A stretch of DNA of 64,000 nucleotides from Macrostomum lignano (taxonomy: Eukaryota), in the NCBI GenBank assembly GCA_002269645.1, contig NIVC01000730.1, positions 1-64,000 of the forward strand. Reading direction: 5' to 3'. Position 1 is the stretch's first letter; each line of letters begins with the position of its first letter. The position numbers and the translations under genes are program-made. The notes beneath the pieces were generated by a model. It searched no databases, had not been told where the DNA came from, and saw only the letters and a program-made list of their open reading frames with translations. Shown piece after piece: positions 1 to 12,215 of the stretch.

Positions 1-711
1 ATCAGACCTCAATCTACCTGCTAGTGACATTAGAATGTTGATGTTTATAGATACGAGATATTCGTAAATACTCGTAAAAGAAGTTTTAGATTCGAACTCA
101 GGGACAATTTAAGCTCCGTGTTGTTCTAGTTCAGTTGCAGTTTTCCGGTTTTCAAATATTTAGTGTGCTAAGAGCTAAGAGCTATCACCGGTCAGTCTGT
201 CATATTAGTTTCTATGGCTCAAACTGATCTCTGAGTAGTAATCGCTGCTATAGTAAAAAAGGCTAACATTGAAGAATGAAAATCACTAAAATACAAGCAG
301 AAAATGCTTTGGGAGAAAGCTAAAAAACAGGCAAAAGCTTTTCTAAAATGTTTTAGTAAACTTTTAAAGATACAGCACAGACAGGAGCTAAGCTTCCTGT
401 GCAGTGACCTGTGACTCGCGTCAAAACGCAGCCTTCGCTTCCCACGCATCAGTCGCCACGCGATCAAGCACAATGGAGCTCAACAAGAATTTCTTTATTC
501 AAGCGACCATTGTTTCCTTGCTAAGGCAGTTCAGTGGAAAACCTAATGCAGAAACGCCAGCAGCTCAATGCTCAACACTTTCTGCTGCTTCCTCATTTGT
601 CTGAAAAGTTTTATTGTCTAAAACTTTTCCTTACAGAAAGTCAAGCGCTTGAGAGAGCAGAAAGGGAACTGGCCTCTCATCCAGCTGCAGAGGAAGTACT
701 GGCCGCAGAGA

Positions 712-1943
712 TGGCGCCAGCTATAGGGGGCGCCAGCTACAGAGAGGTCGCCAGCAACAGAGGGGTCGCCAGCAACAGAGGGAGCGCAAGCTTCAGAGGG
801 GGCGCCAGCTACACAGGGGGCGCCAGCTACAGATGGGGCGCCAGCTACAGATGGGGCGCCAGCTACAGAGGGGGCGCCAGCTACAGATGGGGCGCCAGCT
901 ACAGAGGGGGCGCCAGCTACAGATGCGGCGCCAGCTACAGAGGGGGCGCCAGCGCCAGCTACAGAGGGGTCGCCAGCTACAGAGGGGGCGCCAGCTACAG
1001 AGGGGCGCCAGCTACAGAGGGGGCGCCAGCGCCAGCTACAGAGGGGTCGCCAGCTACAGAGGGGTCGCCAGCAACAGAGGGAGCGCCAGCTTCAGAGGGG
1101 GCGCCAGCTACAGAGGGGGCGCCAGCTACAGAGGGGGCGCCAGCTACAGATGGGGCGCCAGCTACAGAGGGGGCGCCAGCTACAGATGGGGCGCCAGCTA
1201 CAGAGGGGGCGCCAGCTACAGATGCGGCGCCAGCTACAGAGGGGGCGCCAGCTACAGATGGGCGCCAGCTACAGAGGGGGCGCCAGCTACAGATGCGGCG
1301 CCAGCTACAGAGGGGGCGCCAGCTACAGAAGGGGCGCAGCTACACAGGGGGCGCCAGCTACACAGGGGGGCCAGCTACAGAGGGGGCGCCAGCTACAGAA
1401 AGGGCGCCAGCTACAGAGGGGGCGTCAGCTACAGAGGGGGCGCCAGCTACAGAGGGGGCGCCAGCTACAGAGGGGGCGCCAGCTACAGAGGGGGCGCCAG
1501 CTATAGAGGGGGCGCCAGCTACAGAGTGGGGCGCCAGCTACAGAGGGGGCGCCAGATACAGAGGGGGCGCCAGCTACAGAGGGGGCGCCAGCTATAGAGG
1601 GAGCGCCAGCTACAGGGGGGCGCCAGTGCCAGCTACAGAGGGGGCGCCAGCGCCAGCTACAGAGGGGTCGCCAGCTACAGAGGGGGCGCCAGCTACAGAG
1701 GGGGCGCCAGCTACAGAGGGGGCGCCAGCTACAGAGGGGGCGCCAGCTACAGAGGGGGCGCCAGCTAAAGAAGGGGCAGCAGCTACAGAGGGAGCGCCAG
1801 CTACAGAGGGGGCGCCAGCGCCAGCTACAGAGGGGGCGCCAGCGCCAGCTACAGAGGGGTCGCCAGCTACAGAGGGGGCGCCAGCTACAGAGGGGGCGCC
1901 AGCTACAGAGGGGGCGCCAGCTACAGAAGGGGCACCAGCTACA
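712..1943. repeat. 18-bp GC-rich minisatellite (GGGGGCGCCAGCTACAGA)n
   Basis: Direct tandem units are visible. They generate the spurious APATEG / GASYRG / RQLQRG ORFs in all three plus frames. Confidence 0.97.
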
Positions 1944-2555
1944 ATCCTAAAAAGGATTGAGCAAGCTACAATGAGCAGTTCGCGTCAGTGAGTCAGCTCA
2001 TAAATATAAGCTTGTGAGCAACAATCCTTTTTTGATAATATTCAGGACCAGGTGGGAAAACCTCTCATGCCACGCAGCACATCGTAGCATGCAAAAATGC
2101 AAAAGAGGAACCCTGAACACAGACAGTTTCAGCTAAATCCAGTCGAGCTGTGAATATTTATGATGCTAACAAAACAACAAAAGGAACACATACAATGCTC
2201 TGTTTATTAGGCCTATCAATAAGCAAGTTAAAGAATCTGCACTGTACAATCTGATAAATCAATTTCTACTGCAAAGGCTATCACAGCTACTGACAGTAGC
2301 CAACCCTGAACAAAATATCCAAAACCGATTCATGAGATAGCAAGCGACCCCGAATCAACGTCAGAGCCATCCTCAGCAATCGCAGTCACCAGCCACTGTC
2401 GGCGGTCAACATCAAAGCGAAGCCGCAACTTGCTGGCCAAACTACTGCCAGAAGGCGGCGGCAACTTCAAACGAATCGGCGGCTCGGCAAAGTGACCAAA
2501 GAAGGTCAATTCCAAATCCGCGCCCAACGGCACATCGAACGGCTCTCGATCAATG
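1944..2555 (-). pseudogene. Truncated duplicate of the sirtuin 3' end (last ~75 codons plus 3' flank)
   Basis: 2330-2555 matches 14181-14405 with only 2 substitutions seen (F>L, E>K). 1944-2330 matches ~13815-14180 with more substitutions and indels. Homology stops abruptly after GGCTCTCGATCAATG at 2555. Confidence 0.9.
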
Positions 2556-2842
2556 GGCTGCGGTTTGCGATGGGTTTGCACTTGAGCAAACCGGCTTTAG
2601 TGCCCAAGCGCGCTCCTTCTGTGCGCCCCCCGCGTGTGTACATTCTGTTTCGTGTTGGTTAGGTGGGCACCCACTCCTTCGCCGGCTGGGGAGGGTATTT
2701 TATTCCAGCCGCGCTGCTGAGCAGGCAGTTTTTTGCCGCTTTTTTATCCCTGTTTTTTATGTGCCCAGAAATATAAGGATAGAGGTCTCGCTGCTGCTTT
2801 CGCTTTCGCCAACATCGCGTCTTCGTGTTTTTCTTTGGGGCA

Positions 2843-3038
2843 TGTAGTGTAGTTCAGTGCGATGTACGAGCGTACAATATTGGCGCGCAAATATTATTAG
2901 TCACGTGTTGCAATGTATTACGTAAGACTCACGCGCACTTACTCTTCACATATATAAATATACTTGCAGGGCAAGTCGGCCCATTTCTAAGATTCTTCGT
3001 GCACTCGCAAACCCTCCGATTTTGTCTGAGTCACTACA
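2843..3038 (+). repeat. 5' LTR (196 bp)
   Basis: TGTAGTG...CACTACA, identical by eye to 7300-7495; internal TATATAAATA. Confidence 0.95.
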
Positions 3039-3105
3039 TGGCGTCGCAAGCAAACTATTGACTGATCATCACTCTCTAACCCAGCGCGGTTCCAGCCACA
3101 CAAAC

Positions 3106-6100
3106 ATGGCCCAAGCTTTGCAACTCACTGCACCAGATGCATTTGATATCGATAGCGATCCACTCACACGAGCCCAGAGATGGAAGACTTGGGCACGGAG
3201 GTTCAATAGCTACATTCGCGCTGCTGGCATCACAGATGCGACACAACAGCTGGAGTTGCTGGTCTACACAGCGGGAGAGAAGTTGGAAGACTTTATGGAA
3301 GACAACAGTGTTCAAAAAGGAAAATCTACAAACGAGCTCATCCAAAAGCTACAAGAGATCTTCGACCAGAAAAACAGCGTCGTCTTCCTCCGGTACCAGT
3401 TCGAGACCTGCAGACAGGAGGAGGGGGAGTCCATCGATGCGTGGTACCATCGGCTGCGCAAGGCCGCGGATCAATGCGAATTCGGAGAACTACGGGACTC
3501 TCTCATCAGGGACAAGGTGGTCGCCCACTACCGATCGGAGAAGATCAGAAGGGAGCTCCTTCAGCTGAACGATATCTGTCTAGCTGACGTACTGAAGCGA
3601 ATCCGAGCAAGGGAAGCTGCGGAGCAACAGGCTCAGGCCATGGAAGAAAACAGCTCAGGTGGCGCCGCCGCCATGACGACCGCGAACGTGGCTGTTGCTC
3701 CGTTCTCGCCCACCCCGAGCACGACCGTCGCAGCCATTCAGAAGGGATCCTGCAATGAAGGACGGTGGCATCAGCTGCGAGCGCTGCGGACGGCCGGGTC
3801 ATCGAACGTGCGAGGCTGCTAGAGACAAGGCATGTCGACGCTGCGGTAAGATTGGCCATTTCGCCCGGGCATGTCGGGGAACGTCCAGAATACCCGTGAG
3901 AGCTGTCAACGAACCGGACGATCGCTCCTACGGGCAAGTCGAATATCTGCAGGACAACTCCACTGAGCACGAGCTTTTCAGCCTCCGAAATAGCGGATCA
4001 GCATGGACTCAAGCCACCGTCAACGGATTCAAGACAACCCTGCTTATCGACAGTGGAGCGGCCTGCAACATCATCGACAGGGAGGCCTTCAAAAGGATGC
4101 CACAGAAGGCCAGGCTCCAAGCAGCCAGTGATCGGGTCTATCCCTATGGAAGCCAACAGCCACTGAAGCTGCTCGGCAAGACCGACCTACAGGTCAGCGT
4201 TTTCGGTTGCCAGGAGACGCTTCCGTTCCTGGTGCTGGACGGAAAGGGTGCTTGCATAATAGGCCGCAGGAGCGCGGAAGACCTAGGAGTTCTGCGAGTC
4301 GGCCCGGAAGACAAGGCAGCGTGTGAGCTACGCTCGGAGTGTCCGACTGACAGGCTGCTAGCCGGCGTTCCAAAAGACCTTCGGCAGTCCCCAGGTGCTC
4401 CATCTTTAGACGAAATCCTCAAGGAAAATGCACAGGCCTTCGACGGAATCGGCTGTCTTAAGAACTACGCAGCCCGCATCTTCCTGGAAGAGGGCGCAAG
4501 ACCAGTGTGCCATCCACCATCAAGAGTGCCAATTCACCTCGCCCCAGCAGTGGACGCCGAGCTCCAGTACCTAGAAGAACAAGGCATCATTGAGCCAGTG
4601 GAGGGACCCTGCCCGTGGGTTTCTCGTATCGTCGTCGTCCCCAAAGAAGCTCCTGGCGAGATCAGGATCACTCAGGATCTGAGGGAGCTAAACAAGTCTG
4701 TCGTCAGGGAGCGACACCCAATACCGACCTTTGAGGAGGTAACAGGCGACATGGCAGGAGCGACGCTGTTCTCAGAGTTGGACGTCGCAAAAGCATTCTA
4801 TCAAATCCCTGTGTCAGAGGAGTGCCGGCATCTTCTAACTTTTTCAACGCCTCGAGGTCTTCGGCGGCTGACGAGACTCTGCATGGGGCTATCAACGGCG
4901 CAGGAAATTCTTCAAGCTGTTATGTCATCCGTGCTGGCTGGACTTTCAAAAGTAAAATGGATCCACGATGACATTATTGTCTATGGCCACAGCGTGGCGG
5001 AGCATCACAACAATCTGCGGGAGTGCCTCCAGCGGCTGGCGCAGCACGGACTGACGCTCAACCCGGCCAAGTGCAAGCTGGCGCGAACGCAAGTCACCTT
5101 CATGGGGATGCGACTGTCGAGGGCGGAGTCAGGCCAACCGAGTCAAAGCTAGAGGCAGTTAATGCATTTGCAGAGCCAACGAATGTCACGGAGGTGCGCT
5201 CGTTCTTGGGACTTGTCAACTACCTGGCCGCATTCACCCCGAGGCTGGCGGACCTGGCAAAGCCGCTGCGCAACCTGACAAGGAAGGGCCAGCCCTGGGC
5301 ATGGGCCGATCTGGAAAGACAAGCCTTCAGCGACATCAAGTCTCAAATCGCGTCAAGTGGCTCTCTTGCCTTTTTCAACCATCGCCTTCCGACGCAACTC
5401 ATTGTCGACGCTGGGCCAGCGGGGCTGGGTGCAATCCTGTCACAGACACAATCGGACGGAACCAGGCGGCCCATCGCATACGCTAGCCGGACACTGTCGG
5501 ACGTTGAGCAACGCTATTCCCAAACAGAGAAAGAGGCGTTGGCCGTGAAGTTCGGCTGTTTAAAGTTTCAATTCTACCTCCACGGCGCGCCGATGTTCAC
5601 GGTGCAAACCGACCACAAGCCACTGGTTGCTCTGTTCGGCAGCAGTTCGAGACCCCCTCCGAGAATCGAAAGGATGGCATTGCGCATTCAGCATATGAAA
5701 TTCACAGTCGAGTACCAGCCGGGCCCGCTCAACCCGGCAGACGTGCTCAGCCGACAGCCACTGCCGACACCCGCACCGAATGTGGGCGAAGAGCTGGATG
5801 CACTTTCCATCGCCGCTGTTGTACAGGCGGCCGTACCAAATGCGCTGTCACTGACCAGCGTACAGAACAGCTCGCAAAAGGACGCAACAATTCAAGCGGC
5901 GATTCGCGTCTTAGAGACAGGGCGGTGGAGCCTGGAGTCAGCAGAACTGCGGTCGCTGCATGCGCTGCGTCACGAACTGTCGGCAGTGGACGGGGTGCTC
6001 CTACGGGGCCAGCGGATCATCGTCCCGGTGGCGCTCCGACGGCTTGTACTGGATCTAGCGCACCGGGGGCACCAGTGCACACGTAAGACGCTGGACCGGC

Positions 6101-7152
6101 TGAACACCAAGGTCTGGTGGCCAAGGATGCAACTGGAGACGGAGCGCTTCATAGCCACGTGCCGGGCCTGCATGGCGACCTCGCATGCCGCTGACGTGAC
6201 TGCATCACCGCTAAAGCCGACGCCCATCCCGAAGGCGGCCTGGCTGACGCTCGGGGCGGATCTGCTAGGACCCATTCAAGGCAGCATGCTGCTAGTCTGC
6301 GTCGATCAATACTCCCGATTTCCCGAGGTGGAGGTTGTCCAGACCACGACGGCTGAGGCGCTAATCCCTCGACTGAGGAGTTCATTCGTCCGGTTTGGAA
6401 TCCCTCAAACGTTAGTTACTGACAACGGCCCACCGTTCTCTTCAGCCCAGTTCAAGAGCTTCCTGGACAGCTACGGAATTCGGCAGCGCCTCATCACACC
6501 GTTACATCCACAGGCCAACGGCGCCACCGAGCGTTTGAATCGTTCCATCAACAAGGTGGTGCGCGCTGCGATCGCACAGAAGCGCGACTGGAGAGCGGCC
6601 CTTGACGAGTGGCTGCTGGCCTATCGGTGCACGCCTCAGCGAACAACTGGACGGGCGCCTGCCGAGCTCCTCATGGGTCGCGTGCTGAACGACTCCATCC
6701 CGTCGGTCAGACCGTCGAGACCGGTGGCCATCGCAGACCGGCAGCTTCGGCAGCGCGACGCACTTCGAAAGGCGCAAGGCAAGCTCTACACAGACCGGAA
6801 GCGACTGGCGAGACCGCACAAGCTCAAGGTTGGCGACACAGTGCTGCGGCGGCGACTGAATCCGCTCAAGGGAGACACGCCGTTCGAGTGGGACCCCTGG
6901 CTCATCGAGGAGATCAAGGCGGACTCGGCGACGATACGACAGGGTGCCAGAGTTTGCAGGCGGCACTGCACCGACCTAAAGCGAGTGGCACCGGAGTCCG
7001 AGCCTGACAATCTGGGCGAGCTGGCAGCGATGCCGCAACCGGAAGTGAATGCGCCTCCGCCGCAGCCAGCCGCAGGCGAGCGAGCGGCCTCGCCCATTGC
7101 GTTGCGGCCACATCCCCGGGCGGCGAAGGTGAACGTGAACTACAAGGCTTGA
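3106..7152 (+). CDS. Gag-Pol polyprotein with two compensating frame breaks (~3740 and ~5120)
   Basis: Gag starts MAQALQLTAPDAF at ATG 3106. Zn knuckles CERCGRPGHRTC and CRRCGKIGHFARAC; protease LIDSGA; RT WIHDDII; RNase H LIVDAG, YSQTEKEALA, TDHKPL; integrase HHCC (AHRGH...CRAC), GADLLG, VTDNG, ERLN. Frames run 1 > 2 > 1. Confidence 0.92.
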
Positions 7153-7299
7153 AAAAGGTTTTTGTTAAACGGTAGCATCTGATTTTTTGTATTTTTTGCT
7201 GGACTTTTGCTAAAATTGTAACAGAATGAAATTTAACAAAAACAGATTTTTTTAAACCCAACTTTAAAAGTTTGCTTTTAAGCCGTATTTGAGGAGAGA

Positions 7300-7495
7300 T
7301 GTAGTGTAGTTCAGTGCGATGTACGAGCGTACAATATTGGCGCGCAAATATTATTAGTCACGTGTTGCAATGTATTACGTAAGACTCACGCGCACTTACT
7401 CTTCACATATATAAATATACTTGCAGGGCAAGTCGGCCCATTTCTAAGATTCTTCGTGCACTCGCAAACCCTCCGATTTTGTCTGAGTCACTACA
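7300..7495 (+). repeat. 3' LTR (196 bp)
   Basis: Exact repeat of 2843-3038, preceded by the PPT. Confidence 0.95.
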
Positions 7496-7569
7496 TGGCA
7501 CTAAATTGAATTTGAACAGTTTAAAGTTAAACAGTTTAAAGTTGAACTTAGCGAACTGTTTAAGAATGC

Positions 7570-8215
7570 AATATTCCTGCACGCTCGTGTTCTTGCCATA
7601 GACACGAATTGTCGTACAGGAAGAGCATTGTCTTTTGACCATAGACAAAGTCATTCCTGCACGGCAAGTTAAACGAGAAACGAAAAGAGACGAAAAGTTT
7701 GAGGAGGGGTTGGAAATTTTTATAAAAGCTCAAATTCAGCTTCAACGATGGCTTCTGTCATCGAATTGTCTCGGAATCCGGAACTACTCGTAATTGATAT
7801 GCGCTACGCAACAGTGTTTGGATGTAGTGAAGAAGAAATGTCAATCGAAGCTACTTCTAGCAGTTTAGATCGAGAGGGCGAGCGATGAACTAACTGCACT
7901 GGTAGCGTATTGCACGTTTGACAAAGAATTAGAAAGACTTGTCAGCTCGGATCCGGAAAATATGTGTACCCTGATGGATTAGAAAGTCTGGCCGCCCAAC
8001 TGGCTTTGATCAACCGCTTCACGACCTGGTTGGCATGCAGAGAGCAATTTAAAGCTGAATTACGCGACTGCCCCGGTCAAAGAAATAGCCAAATGGATCC
8101 GTTGTACTCTTATGCGTCTCAGCGCAAGTCGGGTGGCAGGTTCTATTCGCCCAATACTATTGTCAGAATGCGAGCCGCACTATTCAGATACTTTATGAAA
8201 TTGCGTGGACTTAAC
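7570..8215 (+). mobile_element. 5' fragment of a Crypton-like tyrosine-recombinase transposon (degenerate N-terminal/core-binding domain)
   Basis: Translation FTTWL...LYSYASQRKSGGRFYSPNTIVRMRAALFRYFMKLRGLN fits the F..WL / RK.G..YS..T...RAAL.RY pattern that precedes DUF3504 in Crypton YRs. Putative ATG at 7748 with frameshifts. 7638-7870 is repeated at 12222-12445. Confidence 0.6.
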
Positions 8216-8480
8216 ACTGGACTTATCCTGAGAAGGTCATTGATTCCTCCTGTCGAAGACGATGGAGTCCGGGGGCTTGTTGCTAGCGATCCGAGATACT
8301 GGAAGTCCTGTATTGCGCAGGTTGACCACCAGCCCCACCCGATCGCCCTCCTCACAGAGCTGGGAAAGAGCGCGCTGGGCAGCAGCTGGGTCGCGACAGA
8401 GGAGCGTGATGTGATCAGCATACACGAGAGCAGGCAGCCGAACAGCAGGAACAGAGGAACAGCAGAACAACATTTAATAT
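8215..8480 (-). mobile_element. Degenerate non-LTR (RTE-like) reverse-transcriptase fragment
   Basis: LVYADHITLL...AQRALSQLCEEGDRVGLVVN resembles the YADD domains 5-6. A second frame gives DFQYLGS. The fragment interrupts the Crypton-like ORF. Confidence 0.8.
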
Positions 8481-9120
8481 TTATATAAACCAGTATTAAC
8501 AAAAGTTGGTGTTTGCGATAACAAAAATAAACAGCTTGAAAGCCAGAAGACCTGCTATAGTATACATTAGCTGGCACAATATATAATAGATCGTATAATA
8601 TAGAAACTGATAGATAGATGTATTACTCCTTTTTAAATCAAGCAATAAGCAAAGTTATTTAAATTTAGAAATCTTATGCTGTCAATAATTTCCTCGAAAA
8701 TGTCCGTAAAGTGTAACCCAAAGATGTTGGGTTGGGGTTTAAATAGAGGTTAAACAAAATATCTAAAAGAAGTGACTATACTACTAGCTGCATTGTACTA
8801 CTGCAGGAAAGAATCTAAAAAGTGTGCTTTAAGGTATGCTGCCACACTTACCACTATATTAATATTATTAATAGATAAATAGATATAACTATATAGATAA
8901 TAAAAATGACTGCGACATCTCGATAACAACAAGGAATTAAAAACATACTAACAACTTTTGCAAACTTCTGGGGACACAAAGTTTAACATCATTATAGAAA
9001 AATGCCCCCCCCCATGGTATCCACTTCACATAAAGTCTTTAAGAAGAAGTTAATTCTAGTCGTAAAAATAGTCAAGCTCTGGTTTTTCAAACTCTTCCTC
9101 TTTAATTAGACGTCCTTGGC

Positions 9121-10999
9121 TCAGCCCATCGAGCAGTAGTCCTGCAGCAGCTGGAACTCCGATCCTGTGAGGCTCCGACTGCTCATACCGTAGCAACGGA
9201 TTAAGCCTTTGAAACTCCAATCATTTCTCAGGCTATAGCCAAGTTTCAGACACCCGAAGCGACTGGCGGCAGCGCTCCCAATGCTTCCATTTCGAGTTGG
9301 TTCAGCGTACGAGATGCTTCCGTTGAAATAAAATTTCACACTTTCAGCGTTGGCGGCGTACGCATAGCCAACTGAGATTAACTTGATTGAGTCATCGTTG
9401 GTAAACAGGTTGTAAGCTGACCAACGTTGGTACCGGAAATATCCGTTCATCCAATGAAAATACGCGTACATCGTGCGACTATTTTTTGCCCAAGTGTTGG
9501 ACGACTTGGTTCCGTTGCACTGTTGAATCCGGTGGTAGAAATTGTAGCTGAAAGTTTAATCGGGATGTACGGTGTAGAAATTTGTCAGATAGTTTTCTTC
9601 AAACAAACTTTACACCATGGAAGTGTCCCCCACCTCACCTTCTGCCCAGTCCCCTCCTCACTCCCTGCCCCAGCCTCCTCCTCACTCCCTGCCCCAGTCC
9701 CCCCTCCTCACTCCCTGCCCCAGTCCCCTCCTCACTCCCTGCCCCAGTCCCCTCCTCACTCCCTGCCCCAGTCCCCTCCTCACTCCCTGCCCCAGTCCCC
9801 TCATCACTCCCTGCCCCAGTCCCCCTCCTCACTCCCTGCCCCAGTCCCCTCCTCACTCCCTGCCCCAGTCCCCTCCTCACTCCCTGCCCCAGTCCCCTCA
9901 TCACTCCCTGCCCCAGTCCCCCTCCTCACTCCCTGCCCAAGTCCCCCTCCTCACTCCCTGCCCCAGCCCCCACCTCACTTCCCCTCCTCACTCCCTGCCC
10001 AAGTCCCCCTCCTCACTCCCTGCCCAAGTCCCCCCGCCTCACTCCCTGCCCAAGTCCCCGCCTCACTCCCTGCCCAAGTCCCCCGCCTCACTCCCTGCCC
10101 CAGTCCCTTCCTCACTTCCTGCCCCAGCCCCCCCTCACTTCCCCTCCTCACTCCCTGCCCAAGTCCCCCTCCTCACTCCCTGCCCAAGTCCCCCTCCTCA
10201 CTCCCTGCCTAAGTCCGCCTCCTCACTCCCTGCCCAAGTCCCCCACCTCACTCTCTGCCCTAGTCCCCTCCTCACTTCCTGCCCCAGCCCCCACCTCACT
10301 TCCCCTCCTCACTCCCTGCCCAAGTCCCCCTCCTCACTCCCTGCCCAAGTCCCCCTCCTCACTCCCTGCCCAAGTCCCCCTCCTCACTCCCTGCCCCAGT
10401 CCCCTCCTCACTTCCTGCCCAGCCCCCACCTCACTTCTCCTCCTCACTCCCTGCCCAAGTCCCCCTCCTCACTCCCTGCCCAAGTCCCCCTCCTCACTCC
10501 CTGCCAAAGTCCCCCTCCTCACTCCCTGCCCCAGTCCCCTCCTCACTTCCTGCCCCAGCCCCCACCTCACTTCCCCTCCTCACTCCCTGCCCAAGTCCCC
10601 CTCCTCACTCCCCCTCCTCACTCCCTGCCCCAGTCCCTCCAGGTCCTTATTTTCTGCTCCACTTATATCTACATTACTTTTTTTGTATCCTAATTGATCT
10701 CTACCCAAATAAACGATTGTCAAGATAATTTTGAAATATTGTCTCACCCGCTCGTCATGTTATGCCTAGCTAGCATATAGAATGAATAATTTCTATTAAA
10801 GTCCAAATCTTGCTCAAGGCCAGGCGTCTTAGCAATCAGATAGGAGTCGTTGTGCCCCATCAGCTGGGCACCGTCGGTCCCAAGGTTCACGTTGCGAGCG
10901 GTGAGGCAATACTGCTTGGATTCACCTCGTTCAGTAAGCCGCTGTGCGTGAATCGGTAAAACAATTTCATCTGCAGCTGACCTAGTAAACCAGAGTTTT
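9121..10999 (-). CDS. Partial gene: LamG/concanavalin-A-like (pentraxin-type) domain protein
   Basis: Exons 10999-10748 and 9547-9121 are joined by a phase-2 GT..AG intron. Motifs GAQLMGHNDSYL, LDFNRNYSFYML, VKFYFNG, LKLG, FKGLIRCYGMSSRSLT. The 5' exon(s) were not resolved. Confidence 0.5.
9625..10640. repeat. ~24-25-bp C-rich minisatellite (CCCTCCTCACTCCCTGCCCCAGTC)n in an intron
   Basis: Tandem units; source of the PPHSLPQS / LLTPCPSP ORFs. Confidence 0.95.
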
Positions 11000-12215
11000 C
11001 TGAAATTATTCAAGAGGAATACGTTGCGACAGCGGCTCTATGCGTGGGGAAGTGTAGAGTCAGATGATCCTCTGGGTTTCTTTCCGCTGACCAAGAAGCG
11101 ACATCAAATCTTGTACAAGTTGGGTTTCTTCGTCTTCAAATTGACACACCAACGACAGATAACTGAGTTTCTGAGCATCTTCTCACACAAATTGGCTTGC
11201 TGAAGCAACAATGCTTTGAATTTTTTTGAATCAAGAATATCGATGGGTCAGACGTGCACGAGTCAGTGTCGCTTTCTACTCAGCAAAAGAGCCTTCCATG
11301 GCAGGTTCAATTCGTGCTAGTCACTTACTAGAAGCCGCCGTATGCTGAAACGTGTCGCAGCTTCCAGACGTCCATTGTTCCTCTGTCGACCACGAGTCGC
11401 CAGTGTAGCACAGCCGAGTGCCCGGGTCAAAAGTGGAAGGCGTCACAAAGCGGCTTCAGGCTGCAGTGCACCGAGCACTCAGCATTGCTGCCAACATTAC
11501 GACGCCGCAACCACTGCAGCGTCGGTGGGGCAGAGCGATGTGCGTTGGAATGTCAGACTGTCCGTTTGGAGTTGAGAGTAGAAGACAGTTGGCACCAGCA
11601 TGTCATTAGCATGGCAATCGATAGACATAACTTTGTAATTATCGTGTAGCGATGCATTTCTACAGCTTGTACTCGTAACAAGGGTTGAGACAGAATATTG
11701 ACACGATGGACTGAGAGTCCGGGCCTGAGCTCCATCCTATTTTATCGGCACTGGGCTTCTTTCATGTGGGGGGGAATGTAGCTGATATTCTATTGGCTCT
11801 TCGTCTTCTTGGCATGCTTACGGAAGCTGCCTTACAAACCCACACTTGAGTTCACTGCATCTCCCGCGTGTTTGCTCTCAGACAATACTTCAGTTGTTTT
11901 CCCTGAGGAAATCGAATTTGCTCGGGAGTATCTGCATGCTTCCACTGACATCGCGACTACAATATGACAGGCCTAAAATCTACATGAACTTGACTTACCT
12001 CATGACTTTGCTGCAGAGAGCTCCGGGCATCCGGATACAGGGGTCAATACAGACGCCTATTCCCCTGGCGACCACAGGCAACTAGTGCTGCGGTGTAGCG
12101 CAGGGAGATCCGGTGGTGCCGGTGTCCACTAGCCTGGTCCGCTTCCGGAGAGTCCAGGAGGTGGATGATCGCTCGCCCGGTAGCCCTTAGATGGCGGCAG
12201 GAATATGGCACGAGT

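Larger units (their letters stand above)
2843..7495 (+). mobile_element. Full-length Ty3/Gypsy LTR retrotransposon (Mag-like architecture)
   Basis: Identical TG..CA LTRs at 2843-3038 and 7300-7495. PBS-like TGGCGTCGCAAGC at 3039, polypurine tract GAGGAGAGA at 7291-7299. Domain order is gag-PR-RT-RNaseH-IN. Flanks GGGCA / TGGCA form an imperfect 5-bp TSD. Confidence 0.97.

Noticed and set aside
534-1991. 485-aa ORF (APATEG repeats) and overlapping ORFs
   Set aside because: All three frames stay open because the 18-bp unit lacks stops. The same applies to the long ORFs at 9427-10697, 31457-33212, 49882-50360, 57218-58886 and 59393-60133.
12130-12190. Possible HDV-like ribozyme (CCACCTCC word) in the shared GC-rich block
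   Set aside because: I could not build a 7-bp P1 helix or a consistent P3/P1.1 in both copies by hand.
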